Origin: Octopus bimaculoides
Taxonomy: Eukaryota
Reading direction: 5' to 3'
Assembly (NCBI RefSeq): GCF_001194135.2
Contig: NC_068983.1
Span: 31,124,369-31,188,368, forward strand
Length of the DNA stretch: 64,000 bases
Under the pieces are notes generated by a model. It did no database searches, had not been told where the DNA came from, and worked only from the letters and a program-made list of their open reading frames with translations. How positions within the stretch are numbered: the stretch's first letter is position 1; each line of letters begins with the position of its first letter. A program made the position numbers and the translations under genes. Shown in pieces: positions 1-11,955 of this stretch.

Positions 1-91
1 GTGTGGGTGGGTGTGTGTAATAAAAGAAAGCTACTTTTTTTCCACAAGGCAAGAAATATTGAAAAATGAAGTTCAAAATGCCCTGGGAGTC

Positions 92-247
92 TTTTTAGTG
101 GTTTGTTTTAAAGACAACTGGTTTCACAGATTTTTCTGATTTTCAAAAGTTGCAACTGTGGCATAGCCTTATGTCTTTCTATCTTAATTTTTGAAAATCA
201 GAAAAATCAGTGAAACCGGTTGCGCCTAAAAAAAAACCTATCTAAAA
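92..247. repeat. Short foldback (palindromic) element
   Basis: ggtttcacagatttttctgattttcaaaa (~120-148) is a near-perfect reverse complement of ttttgaaaatcagaaaaatcagtgaaacc (~189-217); weaker pairing extends outward to ~92 and ~247. Confidence 0.75.
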
Positions 248-289
248 GACATTCTGTGTATTTTCATCTTATATACATACATACATACA

Positions 290-323
<34 letters not shown>

Positions 324-331
324 CATACATA

Positions 332-612
332 CAGCTACTCTATCCAGATAACAAATTTAGGTTTATACCTGTGATTATTGGCGAACTGGGATATGTAAAA
401 CACTGCTTAAATACCAATATTGATAAATTAAGCTTCTCAAAACCAGAAAGGAGAAAGCTGATTCGAAAACTAAAGATCCAAGCCATCACTGGAACTGTAA
501 AAATCTGTAAAACTTACCAGAAGTTTATCACTTAAGTATATATAAGCAAGTCTAGACATGCAACTATATGTATGAGAATACATACATAGAACAAAACATA
601 CAAATCCGAACA
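332..612 (+). mobile_element. 5'-truncated RLE-type non-LTR retrotransposon, extreme 3' end (subfamily B)
   Basis: Open frame 332-535 reads QLLYPDNKFRFIPVIIGELGYVKHCLNTNIDKLSFSKPERRKLIRKLKIQAITGTVKICKTYQKFIT*, the typical C-terminus of the RLE domain (IPVIIG.LG motif), and matches the ends of the copies near 20520-20730 and 21570-21770. (TACA)n lies on both sides. Confidence 0.75.
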
Positions 613-789
613 CATACATACATACATACATACATACATACATACATACATACATACATAAAAAAACCCTGTTGATGTTGAAATTCCAAAGGAGCTTTGA
701 ATCTAGGTTAGAAACCGGTTCTTTCTCTATTGGTAAGAAATCTTGAAATAAAACTGAATAATGGCATACATATTTTATATCGTTCTATG

Positions 790-1500
790 TTTTTGAAAGA
801 AGACGTATGCATAAAGTGCTGTTGTTTAAATTTACCTTCTGCCATACTTGCATAGTGCTTTTGCACTAAGTTTAGATATTGCTTGGGCGTGACTTTTTGT
901 CGTAGATAATCGCTTCAGCGTTGCATTGCTAAGAAAGCATGCATCTTTATTTCTGCATGTGTAGTTAACCTCAATTAATTTAGCTGGTATGCTTGTCATT
1001 AAGTTCTTTTCAAGTAGGTGGTGCAGCTATAATTCAGCTTAAAGTTATTTGAAGATTGGATATTTTTCTATATTGATTTCCCCATAAACCATCGATATAC
1101 AAAACTATATGCTATTTCCTATTCCCCATCACTTGCTGCCTATATTGTCTACCAATTATACCGACAATTTCGGTTGTTTACTTATTATGCCATGTAATAG
1201 TAATCTCACTGATATCTTCATAATTTCAACTTTCTAACCTACCAAATTTTTTACCACGTTCGATTTTAAATCCCTACCCATTATATTACTCAAGCGTTAA
1301 GTTGTTACTTTACTATATATGATAATGCACTTATTGATGCCCACTTAATACCAGTTCAGTATCTTTCCAGATTCACCACCAGGCAACATTTAAACACTAG
1401 ATCCCCAGTCTAAGTCAACGTTTATTAGTCCTTATTCGCTTTATATTAAGTAACGCACGTATCATAATCCATCCCGATTATACATGTAATGAGTTATCCC
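790..1500 (-). mobile_element. Degenerate Penelope-like element (linker and GIY-YIG region)
   Basis: Frameshifted minus-strand pieces KLNYSC, CRNKDACFL, HYASMAEGKFKQQHFMHTSSFKN resemble the Cys-rich linker and GIY-YIG N-terminus of Penelope-like elements. Confidence 0.55.
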
Positions 1501-2425
1501 ATAAGACTCACTACATATACAGGGATTAAACATTTTATTCGACCGACGATTTTACCAACCATGAATAGGAAGCTCTGAGTCACCGATATATTAACACTAA
1601 CGGGCTATGTCATGTAATATTCATATGAGTTTGTTTTCTCAGAATTACTGCAGTTCAATACTGAAACAAATAACGATAAAAGAACAACAACAACAACAAC
1701 AACAACAACAATAACAACACTTGCACATACACACAAATGCGCACGCACTCACTCACACTCACTCACACTTTTAAAATGATTAGCTCATAGATTTCATCCA
1801 AGAAGACAAACTCAGCAAGGTTTTCATTTATATGAATGAATACGAGAGTCGTATAAATGCTTTAGTTCTAATACATTCCATCAAAGATATAAAGAAAAGA
1901 AATTCAGCCCATTTAACAGAGCAAGATGAAAACCCCACACCTCATCAAAATAAAATTGGATGGAAACGGTTATAAATTTTCTTTAATTTGGATGAAGTTA
2001 AGGGTTGATAACACTTGAAAAAGAGGAGGTGAGAATGCAATATATGGAACGAAACAGGTATGCTTCTTTACGTTTGCGTTGGCTTATTCGAAAGTTACGA
2101 CATTCGAGGGGTGTTGGCACTTCTCTTACCAATAACTTGTCCTTTGGCTTCGTGTCTTAGAAGCCGCGCAGAATAAGAGATATCTAGCTTGAAAAAACAG
2201 GCAAGAACTACTACTGAACAATATCTCGATAACTTACTCCTATGGCCTATGTTAGACTGGCAAAACGGATGGCAATGACATGACTGTATGGTAAGAAGTT
2301 TGCTTCCCGACCACAAGCAGGTCCAAATGGCAAATAAATGCTTGACATCGAAACAAATTTCTACTGTACAGCCTTCCAACTGAAGTGGATTTCTAACTTG
2401 AGCATCACCACCACCACCACCACCT

Positions 2426-3691
2426 TTCGACTTATTTTAGAATATGGTTATATGGTTGAGTTCATGAAATAGGATTTGACTACACCTCCATTTACAGCAC
2501 AGTTTAAGCTATCTTTTCGTGGAAGAAGGTTTATGTTCCTATAGCCTGTGTTAATTCTGTAACCCTTTAAAATGGAAGATAAGAAAGTTCATTTTCGGCA
2601 CTTGATGCTTTTCTTTTTCCGTAAAGGGAAAAATGCCTCACAAGCAACCAAAGAAATATGCGCAGTTTACGGTGATGTTTCTTTATCTGAAAGAACTGTA
2701 CGGAAGTGGTTCGCAAGGTTCCNNNNNNNNNNNNNNNNNNNNNNNNNNNNNNNNNNNNNNNNNNNNNNNNNNNNNNNNNNNNNNNNNNNNNNNNNNNNNN
2801 NNNNNNNNNNNNNNNNNNNNNNNNNNNNNNNNNNNNNNNNNNNNNNNNNNNNNNNNNNNNNNNNNNNNNNNNNNNNNNNNNNNNNNNNNNNNNNNNNNNN
2901 NNNNNNNNNNNNNNNNNNNNNNNNNNNNNNNNNNNNNNNNNNNNNNNNNNNNNNNNNNNNNNNNNNNNNNNNNNNNGCATTTCCATCTGTGATTCGCTTT
3001 ATAAACGGAATGAAAATGCGCCTTTTTTAAAGCAAATTGTGACAGGTGATGAGCAATGGATTATCTAGTGAAATATTCAGAGAAAGCGATCCTGGAGTAA
3101 GCGACATGAGCCCCCCTTAGTTACCCCAAAAGCGGGTCTTCACCCTAAAAAGTCTTGTCTGGTGGGATTGGAAAGGAATTCTGTACTATGAGCTTCTCCC
3201 AAGTAACCAGACAATTAATTCTGAGAAATATTGCACACAACTGGACGAGTTAAAAGCAGCAATTCAAGAGAAATGTCCAGAATTGGCCAACAGGAAGGGT
3301 GTTGTTTTCCAACATGATAATACAATGCAAGACCGCACGTTTCTCTGGAAACCAGACAGAAATTGCTGCAGCTCGACTGGGATGTGTTACCCCACCCTCC
3401 GTATTCACCAGATATTGCTCCTTCGGATTTCCACTTATTTAGGTCTCTGCAAAATAGTCATAATGGTAAAAATTTCGATTTCTTGGATGACGTAAAAAGA
3501 TACCTAGATGAATTCTTTGCCATGAAACCACCTCAATTCTGAGAAGAGGGTATTTTCAAGTTAAAGGGAAGATGGAGATGCATTGTGCAACAAAATGGTT
3601 CATATTTGGTTGATTAAAAATGTAATTGCGAGTATTTATTGACCTTTTTTTTTCTTTAAAAATCGGCACGAACTTTCCGGACAACCCAATA
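2426..3691 (+). mobile_element. Mariner (DD34D) DNA transposon, decayed; left TIR not found
   Basis: Transposase remnant 2572-3617: MEDKKVHFRHLMLFFFRKGKNASQATKEICAVYG (HTH), then after a gap IVTGDEQW, GILYYELLP, VFQHDN, PHPPYSPDIAPSDFHLFRSL, ending NGSYLVD*, with stops and frameshifts. Right TIR aaaatcggcacgaactttccggacaacccaata ends at 3691 and is followed by TA. Confidence 0.92.
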
Positions 3692-3715
3692 TATATTATA
3701 TACTATACATATATA

Positions 3716-3852
3716 TATGAGACGAGTTTCTTTCAGTTACCGTCTACAAAATCTACTCACAAGGCTTTGGTTGGCCCGAGGCTATAGCAGAAGACACGTG
3801 CTCAAGGTGCCATGCAGTGGGCTGAACCCGGAACCATGTGTCTTAGAAGCAC

Positions 3853-3857
<5 letters not shown>
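3716..3857 (-). mobile_element. tRNA-derived SINE family A, 5' half
   Basis: Aligns by eye to the head and body of the full copy at 38002-38415 (…ctcacaaggctttggttggcccgaggctatagcagaagacac…gaacccggaaccatgtg). Confidence 0.8.
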
Positions 3858-3888
<31 letters not shown>

Positions 3889-3906
3889 AATATATATATG
3901 TGAGTC

Positions 3907-3996
<90 letters not shown>

Positions 3997-4211
3997 TACG
4001 CGCGTGTGTGTGATATGATATATGAAGTATATGTAGCGTAATTGTTTATGTGCATGTATATCTGTATAGATGTTTGTACATGCACACATATCTTCTCAAA
4101 GAGCCCCTGCCACTCTCCCTTTCTCCCTTCCTCCCCGTCCATCCCTCTTTCTTTCTTTCTTTCTTTCTTTCTCACTCCTCTCACACACACATGCTCACAC
4201 ACACAGACACG

Positions 4212-4282
<71 letters not shown>
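3855..4282. repeat. Compound microsatellites (CA/TA/TG/TTTC/CT) running into a gap
   Basis: Directly visible di- and tetranucleotide arrays. Confidence 0.95.
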
Positions 4283-4639
4283 NNNNNNNNNNNNNNNNNN
4301 NNNNNNNNNNNNNNNNNNNNNNNNNNNNNNNNNNNNNNNNNNNNNNNNNNNNNNNNNNNNNNNNNNNNNNNNNNNNNNNNNNNNNNNNNNNNNNNNNNNN
4401 NNNNNNNNNNNNNNNNNNNNNNNNNNNNNNNNNNNNNNNNNNNNNNNNNNNNNNNNNNNNNNNNNNNNNNNNNNNNNNNNNNNNNNNNNNNNNNNNNNNN
4501 NNNNNNNNNNNNNNNNNCCATTTCTTCCTCTGCACACACTTTCCGTTCCTTAATTCTATTAGATGGCAAATAATATTCAGATGGATAGAAAAGAAGATAA
4601 TATTTTGCCACTTGTGTAAAATAAATCAAAATGGTAATA

Positions 4640-4702
4640 CTGTGCTTTTTGCTGTTGTAGTTGTTGTTGCTATGGTTGTTAATGTTGAAGTTGCTACTGC
4701 TT

Positions 4703-4735
<33 letters not shown>

Positions 4736-5110
4736 TCTCGGTTTTTATTGTTTTTATTTGCTTCTAATACAGTTGTTGTTGCTGCTGCCGCTGTCGCTGT
4801 TGTTGTGATTTGTTGCTTTTCTTACTGCTTTTCTTTCTTCCATCCGCTGCTGCTGTTGAGTAGTTTGCCGTTATTATTATAGTTGTTGGTGCTATTATTT
4901 GCTATTTATCTGGTTGTTACTGTTCAAATTGGCTGTTGTTATTACTCCTGCTATTTTAGATGTCGTTATTGTTGTTCCTGTTGCTGTTGCTGTCTTTGTC
5001 GTTGTCTTTGTTATTGCTATCGATGTTCTGTTGTTGCCAATGTTGCTATCTAATGCTGCTCTTGTTCTCATAGTGGTTTCTGTTGTTATTACTTTAGTCG
5101 CTAACTTTAT
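4640..5110. repeat. Degenerate (GCT)n/(GTT)n low-complexity tract
   Basis: Visible trinucleotide periodicity; explains the poly-A/V/L ORFs in the track. Confidence 0.85.
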
Positions 5111-5954
5111 TCCCCATCAGTGATTCTCTGTAAGTTTTCTGCCAAATATATCGACAATCTGGCGCGAATAAAATTTAATGATCGATTCAGTATGTACCAG
5201 TCATAAACTGAGATTGATTAAATCAGTCATGAAATAAAGATGTTCTGAAACTATAAATGAGCAATTAGTTCAGCTCTGAACAATTGTTCTTCCAATAAAA
5301 CGTTATGGTCGACTTTACTCTCTCTGGGTTTTGACTACAACAGAAAATAGCATGTATGAGAAGTGAATTTGACTGAATCAGTAATCAAATATCCACTGTA
5401 GATTCAGATTTGTGAGAGCTGTCTCAATATTCTACAACACTGCCACTTACGGGATTATAACTAATTAGTCAAAAGTTATTCAGCCAAGGTCGACTTTTCT
5501 CTTCCTATCTCTGCAAAGATTGAGAGCATTCCAAGATGAGTCATGCTGTTGAGGAAGGAAGTGTACAACATAAGAGATAATGTTAAGTCTATGACTCTAC
5601 TAAATGCAGAGGCAAAAAAAAATAGTACAGCAATGAGGTTGAATATTGTCGCTTATCCCCAGGCCAACTTTGATGGTGCTGACATACGATCAATTGCATT
5701 CTAGCTATGGCCACTGCATCCTTCTACATGTTGTCAGGGTTTCGTAATATAATACATCTTTTCCTTCATGTATTCTGAAGGAGATTTGGCTGCCTCTGAT
5801 ATTTCTCGCAGGTCAAGTTACCATAAAGACGCTCCCTCGTTGGGTTTAAATTCTCGTTGGATTGATATGTCTCTAAGAGGCTGGTATTTGTCTTTGACCC
5901 TGTTGTCAAATAAAAAAAAATCAGTCAAAATTTCGAGAAGATCTACTCAGTAAG

Positions 5955-6790
5955 ACCGTCACTACATGCCATACATCATGAAAAGGGTTAAGTATTGACT
6001 TGGTTATGATCGGACATTAATCATTTTAGATCAATCGAAAGTATTCGACATAACTGATTATCTCTGCCTGTAAGTGCAGTGTAATTCAATCCTGTATTTA
6101 GTGATTGGATTCCTGCTGCATACATATATTTGATGATCCAGTTAAATAACCACCTATCGGAGCCGCTTGGCTTCACACGCTCGGTCAATCGCTTTTCAAC
6201 GCTTTACTCTTGACTCATTATTAAAGATGGATTTACTGTGAGACATCTCAGTGAAATTAGAACACACGAAGACGGTGCCGGCCTACGTGGACAATGATAT
6301 CATTGTAATGTTGAAATCTGAGGTTATCTGAGGTGATCATCTCTTAGATGGAGAAATATAAGCCGCACAGCAGCACACAAGCATAGATGACACAGTCGGA
6401 GGGTTTATACTTTGATAGCTAGAGAGGCAATATCCTGTCAATTAGAGTTCATCATTGGACTGAGGATGAAGGTAACATGCTTGGAGTGTGATTTTGACCA
6501 GAACTGCAGATGGATAGGAGCTGAGGTAAGAACTGAAAGCAATGCAAGCATTTGGCACCTTGTTCCGCTGTCTCTTTGATATATCGGGTTGAGATGTCGA
6601 ATGTCTGCACTGCTATGGTAATGTATGATCAGTTGACCGCCTGGGATATCTAGTAAGATTTAAACGTCAGGTCTTGTGGAATGAATAGTTTCTTTTCGGT
6701 CAGAATGTTCATCTGTTAACAACTCCCGCTCGAGAAAGAGACGTTGCGAACTCCAGGGTTTATGACGCGCAAGAATTTGCTGAGTCTAAT
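5955..6790 (+). mobile_element. Degenerate L1/Tx1-clade LINE reverse transcriptase fragment
   Basis: Frameshifted LDQSKVFD (LDQSKAFD motif), NNHLSEPLGFTRSV, YVDNDII (YADD site) and LGV*F*PELQMDR; same family as 45080-47270. Confidence 0.7.
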
Positions 6791-7169
6791 ACATAGTTTA
6801 CCTAACGATGAGCATGTCTGGTTGTCGTTTGTTACAGTTCATCTCTTTAACTGAATAGATTTTATACAATTTGCTCGATTATCTATATTTGCATTCTGTA
6901 GAAAGTTAACGGAAATCATAAGTAATTGAGGATACTCAGGGTGTCGATGAGGATGCGCTAAACAAACTTTACTGGATGATTTTGAGGTCAGGGACTATGG
7001 ATAATTTCCAAATATTTGTAGGTTGAAAGTCCCACGAAGATGTGTAATTGACAGTTCTGAATAAGCTCTTCAGGCACAGTAGTTTCACAAGTGATACTTG
7101 TCTAAGTTTCGGGGTAAATGACGAAGCCTTTCTGCCTGCACTCGTTCGGTGTCCATACATAGATGATTT

Positions 7170-7700
7170 GTGGAATTATATAAAAAATCGTTCTCACGTA
7201 TGTCATTTAAAAGAGGAGGGCACGCCATGCATAATTAAATGGAAGATCCTCGAACAACCGAGGTCATATATCAACGGGAGCAAATGACGTAGGCTTTGTT
7301 TGGCAGAGAAAGCAAGAATCCTAAAAAAACCGCTTGAACTGGGAACCACTTTTAAACTCCAGAAAGGAAGTGTTTAGTCAATGTCCTCATCAGAGACGTT
7401 TCCTGTTGCAAGCTTGAAGTACCCTTTTGGCCAATCAGGACACCACCAACTTTGTAAAATCATTATGGTAGAACTGATGCAAGGTGGAGTGGGTAACCCT
7501 GCTCATCCTGGAACCCTACCAACAAGGTTATTCCGGATATACTTTTCGTTTACAAAACTAACTAACCTAGATGTTTTCCTCCCTCTAGTTGTAGAGAGGT
7601 TATGTACCTCTGGCCATTTGAGTCTGACGAGTCTTTTATACAGCTAAGCGGTTTGTAGGTGTGAAACGCGAAATCAATGGTCACTCTCTGACCAGCCATA
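7170..7700 (+). mobile_element. Penelope-like element 3' end (GIY-YIG C-terminus plus downstream pLTR-like sequence)
   Basis: HLKEEGTPCIIKWKILEQPRSYINGSK*RRLCLAEKARIL…LNSRKEVFSQCPHQRRFLL fits the GIY-YIG C-terminal pattern (IKWKIL…CxLCLxEK…LNxRxE…C.H); a hammerhead-like motif follows at 7618-7677. Confidence 0.72.
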
Positions 7701-7835
7701 GCAGTCAACCTTATATATATATATATATATATAAGGACGATACGATAAAGTACCAGTCAATTACTGAGAATAATATTGACTAGTTCTTTTCCCCAAGTTT
7801 TGAGGCTTTGTGCCTGTAGTAGAAAAGATTACTGT

Positions 7836-8018
7836 CGGATGAAATGCTTTGCAGTATTTTGTCTACCGCTACGTTCAGAGTTCAAATTCCACTGAGGTCG
7901 ACTTTGCCTTTCATCCTTTCTGGGTCGATTAAAATAAGTACATGTTACACACTGGAGTCGATGTAATCGATTTAATCTCTTCCTCCAAATTTGAGGCCCT
8001 GTATTTCCAGCAGAAAGG

Positions 8019-8050
<32 letters not shown>
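7836..8050 (+). mobile_element. tRNA-derived SINE family B with (ATT)n tail
   Basis: B-box-like gagttcaaattcc followed by gaggtcgactttgcctttcatccttt…aagtac…ctggagtcgatgtaatcga; the same string recurs at 10184, 52010-52320 and 59607-59910. Confidence 0.8.
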
Positions 8051-8054
<4 letters not shown>

Positions 8055-8768
8055 TATATAGAAAGGATTGAGGTAACTCCTCCTGAAGATATAGAGTCAA
8101 AATTAAAAGAAGAGTGCCATTTGCTATCTCGTGAACAATATTTCGACATCTTGCGTGTCTTCCACTGGTTCAAAAAATAAATTTGTCAATCTACTTCATT
8201 TTCGTTTATATAGAAAGGATTGAGGTAACTCCTCCTGNNNNNNNNNNNNNNNNNNNNNNNNNNNNNNNNNNNNNNNNNNNNNNNNNNNNNNNNNNNNNNN
8301 NNNNNNNNNNNNNNNNNNNNNNNNNNNNNNNNNNNNNNNNNNNNNNNNNNNNNNNNNNNNNNNNNNNNNNNNNNNNNNNNNNNNNNNNNNNNNNNNNNNN
8401 NNNNNNNNNNNNNNNNNNNNNNNNNNNNNNNNNNNNNNNNNNNNNNNNNNNNNNNNNNNNNNNNNNNNNNNNNNNNNNNNNNNNNNNNNNNNNNNNNNNN
8501 NNNNNNNNNNNNNNNNNNNNNNNNNNNNNNNNNNNNNNNNNNNNNNNNNNNNNNNNNNNNNNNNNNNNNNNNNNNNNNNNNNNNNNNNNNNNNNNNNNNN
8601 NNNNNNNNNNNNNNNNNNNNNNNNNNNNNNNNNNNNNNNNNNNNNNNNNTATAAACGAAAATGAAGTAGATTGACAAATTTATTTTTTGAACCAGTGGAA
8701 GACACGCAAGATGTCGAAATATTGTTCACGAGATAGCAAATGGCACTCTTCTTTTAATTTTGACTCTA

Positions 8769-8799
<31 letters not shown>

Positions 8800-9062
8800 G
8801 TTATTATTATTATTATCATTATTATCATCATTATTATTATTATCAGTCACTAATGAACATGCTCAACTGGTAAAGGTCAAACAACTGACAAGCATATCTG
8901 TGGTATTGAGCAGAATATTTGCTGTAGCCCATCTTTTATACCAAGACAAAATAATGTACATGATAACATGATAACACTTCCAATCAATTGAGATCAGAAG
9001 CCATGAGACTCAAGGAATTGGTACTGCTTGATACTGCATCAGGGAATTGCATCACGCCATTG

Positions 9063-9155
<93 letters not shown>

Positions 9156-10112
9156 TATGTTTGACTTTTGCTTTGCATTTGTACAAGTTGGNNNNNNNNN
9201 NNNNNNNNNNNNNNNNNNNNNNNNNNNNNNNNNNNNNNNNNNNNNNNNNNNNNNNNNNNNNNNNNNNNNNNNNNNNNNNNNNNNNNNNNNNNNNNNNNNN
9301 NNNNNNNNNNNNNNNNNNNNNNNNNNNNNNNNNNNNNNNNNNNNNNNNNNNNNNNNNNNNNNNNNNNNNNNNNNNNNNNNNNNNNNNNNNNNNNNNNNNN
9401 NNNNNNNNNNNNNNNNNNNNNNNNNNNNNNNNNNNNNNNNNNNNNNNNNNNNNNNNNNNNNNNNNNNNNNNNNNNNNNNNNNNNNNNNNNNNNNNNNNNN
9501 NNNNNNNNNNNNNNNNNNNNNNNNNNNNNNNNNNNNNNNNNNNNNNNNNNNNNNNNNNNNNNNNNNNNNNNNNNNNNNNNNNNNNNNNNNNNNNNNNNNN
9601 NNNNNNNNNNNNNNNNNNNNNNNNNNNNNNNNNNNNNNNNNNNNNNNNNNNNNNNNNNNNNNNNNNNNNNNNNNNNNNNNNNNNNNNNNNNNNNNNNNNN
9701 NNNTTTTGGTAGGTCTTGACAGATACGTTTATATCGATTGGGACAGTCATATCAATGAGGAGGCATGATTTTTGTCCGAAGTCTTTCAGTATGATGTCTG
9801 GCCTATTTGCATCTATCTTTCTGTCAGTTTGAATGGTGAAGTTCCAGAGGAGTGCGATGTGATCATTTTTCAAGTACTGGGGGTGGTTTGTGTTCCCACC
9901 AGTTTTTATCATGGGGCAAGTCCAGGTTTTTGCATATTACCCAGTGAATATATTGTGCAGCTCTATCATGCCTGTTGAGATACTCTGTAGGCGCAAGTAT
10001 TCTGCACATGGAGACAACACGATCGATGGTCTCATTTTGTTGCTGGCATATACGACATAATGGAGAGCTGCCGTTCTTTAATATGTTGGTCTGGTAGTTC
10101 TTTGTATTGATC
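9156..10112 (-). mobile_element. 5'-truncated R4/Dong-like RLE non-LTR retrotransposon (subfamily A) embedded in (TAA)n
   Basis: KINTKNYQ…PLCRICQQQNETIDRVVSMCRILAPTEYLNRHDRAAQYIHW (CCHC knuckle and RHD), then LWNFTIQTDRKIDANRPDIILKD…LLIDMTVP (PD-D/ExK nuclease). Perfect (TTA)n arrays at 9062-9155 and 10113-10180. Confidence 0.88.
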
Positions 10113-10164
<52 letters not shown>

Positions 10165-10183
10165 CATTATTATCATTATTATC

Positions 10184-10366
10184 AAGACGGTGAGCTGGCA
10201 GAATCGTTTGCTCGTTGGACAAAATGCTTAGCGGCACTTCTTCCGGCTTTGCATTCTGGGTTCAAATTTCACAGAGTCAATAAAAGTACCAGTGGAACAC
10301 TGGAGTCGACGTAATCGACTTATCCTCTTCCCTAAAATTGCTGGTCTCCTTCCAAAATTTGAAAAC
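10184..10366 (+). mobile_element. SINE family B copy
   Basis: Head aagacggtgagctggcagaatcg…aaatgcttagcggc…ctgggttcaaatt and the shared body. Confidence 0.75.
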
Positions 10367-11683
10367 ACCACCACCACCACCACCACTACCATCTTCTTCA
10401 TCATCATCTTCATCTTCATCACCAGTGTGTTGTTGTTAACATAAATCACACTTAACTACTTTCTCTGTAAGTTTGAAAATGTTTTGCTGTTATGCATTGT
10501 GTTGTTTATTTTCTTGTAAAAGATGATTTGAACAAAGATCGAAAGCGATTAAGAAGTTAAGAAGTTGCAAGGCGAACTTCTTAACAATTCTGTCATACTG
10601 CGCCGACAGCATTAGCTTGGTATTGCAATAATTATGATGATGATGATGATGATGATGAAGTAGGAAGAAGCAACAGCAACAACAACAAAAAAAGAAAATG
10701 ATAATATGGCAGAATGCTAACGACTTATACATCACCATCGTCGTCGTCGTCACCGTCGTCGTCATCATCATCATCATCATCATCATCATCACCGTCGTCG
10801 TCATCATCATTCTTATCTTTCTTGACAAGGCGTTATAATACGCTCGTTCGATTGCTGATGGTTTAAGGTTCATCTTAAGAGTGGTATGAAGGATTGATAG
10901 GTTGGTGGTGGTGATATCACCAACTGGTAGTGCTTGTGGAGTGAAAGTGAAAAAGAGAGAAGGAGAAAGAAAAAATGAGAGGGAGAGAGGGAGTGAGTGA
11001 GAGAGTGAAAGAGAGAGAGAGAGGAAGGGAGTGAGGTGAGGAAGGAGTTAGAAGAGGCATTATTCAGCCTTCAATCTCATTAATTATTGATTGCACGTCT
11101 TGATGACTCCGAGAGAATAGGAAGTATTTATTATGAAGCGAAAGAGAATAAGGTAAAACAATATGTGTGTGTGTATGTATGTATGTATGTATGTATGTAA
11201 GCATGTATGTATGTATGTATGTATGCATGAATGCAGGCATATATGTATAAGTATATACACAGTTGGACAAATATATGTGTGTGTGCGCGCGCTAGTGTAC
11301 ATATGTGCATTCGTATACACACACACACACACACACACCTACACACACATATATATATATATATATGTGCATACATATACATACATAGACACATCTATCT
11401 ATCTATCTATCTGTCTGTCTATCTATCTATCTATCTATCTATATGTGTGTGTGTGTATACATATACATATATATGTATGTATACATATATGCATACTTAT
11501 ATACATGCATTTATACATATATATATGCAAATGCATGTGTGCATGTATATATTTAAATATGAACACTTATTTAGTTATTTTGGATATATTTCTTAGTTTA
11601 TATGCATCTGTGCCTGCGCGCGCGTATGTTTATATGTATGTATGTATATATATACATATATATATACATACATATATACATAC

Positions 11684-11717
<34 letters not shown>

Positions 11718-11917
11718 NNNNNNNNNNNNNNNNNNNNNNNNNNNNNNNNNNNNNNNNNNNNNNNNNNNNNNNNNNNNNNNNNNNNNNNNNNNNNNNNNNN
11801 NNNNNNNNNNNNNNNNNNNNNNNNNNNNNNNNNNNNNNNNNNTATATACATATATATATATATATACATATATATATATCTGTGAGTGCGCATGTGTGTA
11901 GCGTGTATATATATATA

Positions 11918-11955
<38 letters not shown>

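Noticed and set aside
7380-7410. GAAACGUC-U-CUGAUGA on the minus strand
   Set aside because: No room for stem I and it is the antisense of GIY-YIG coding sequence; probably coincidence.
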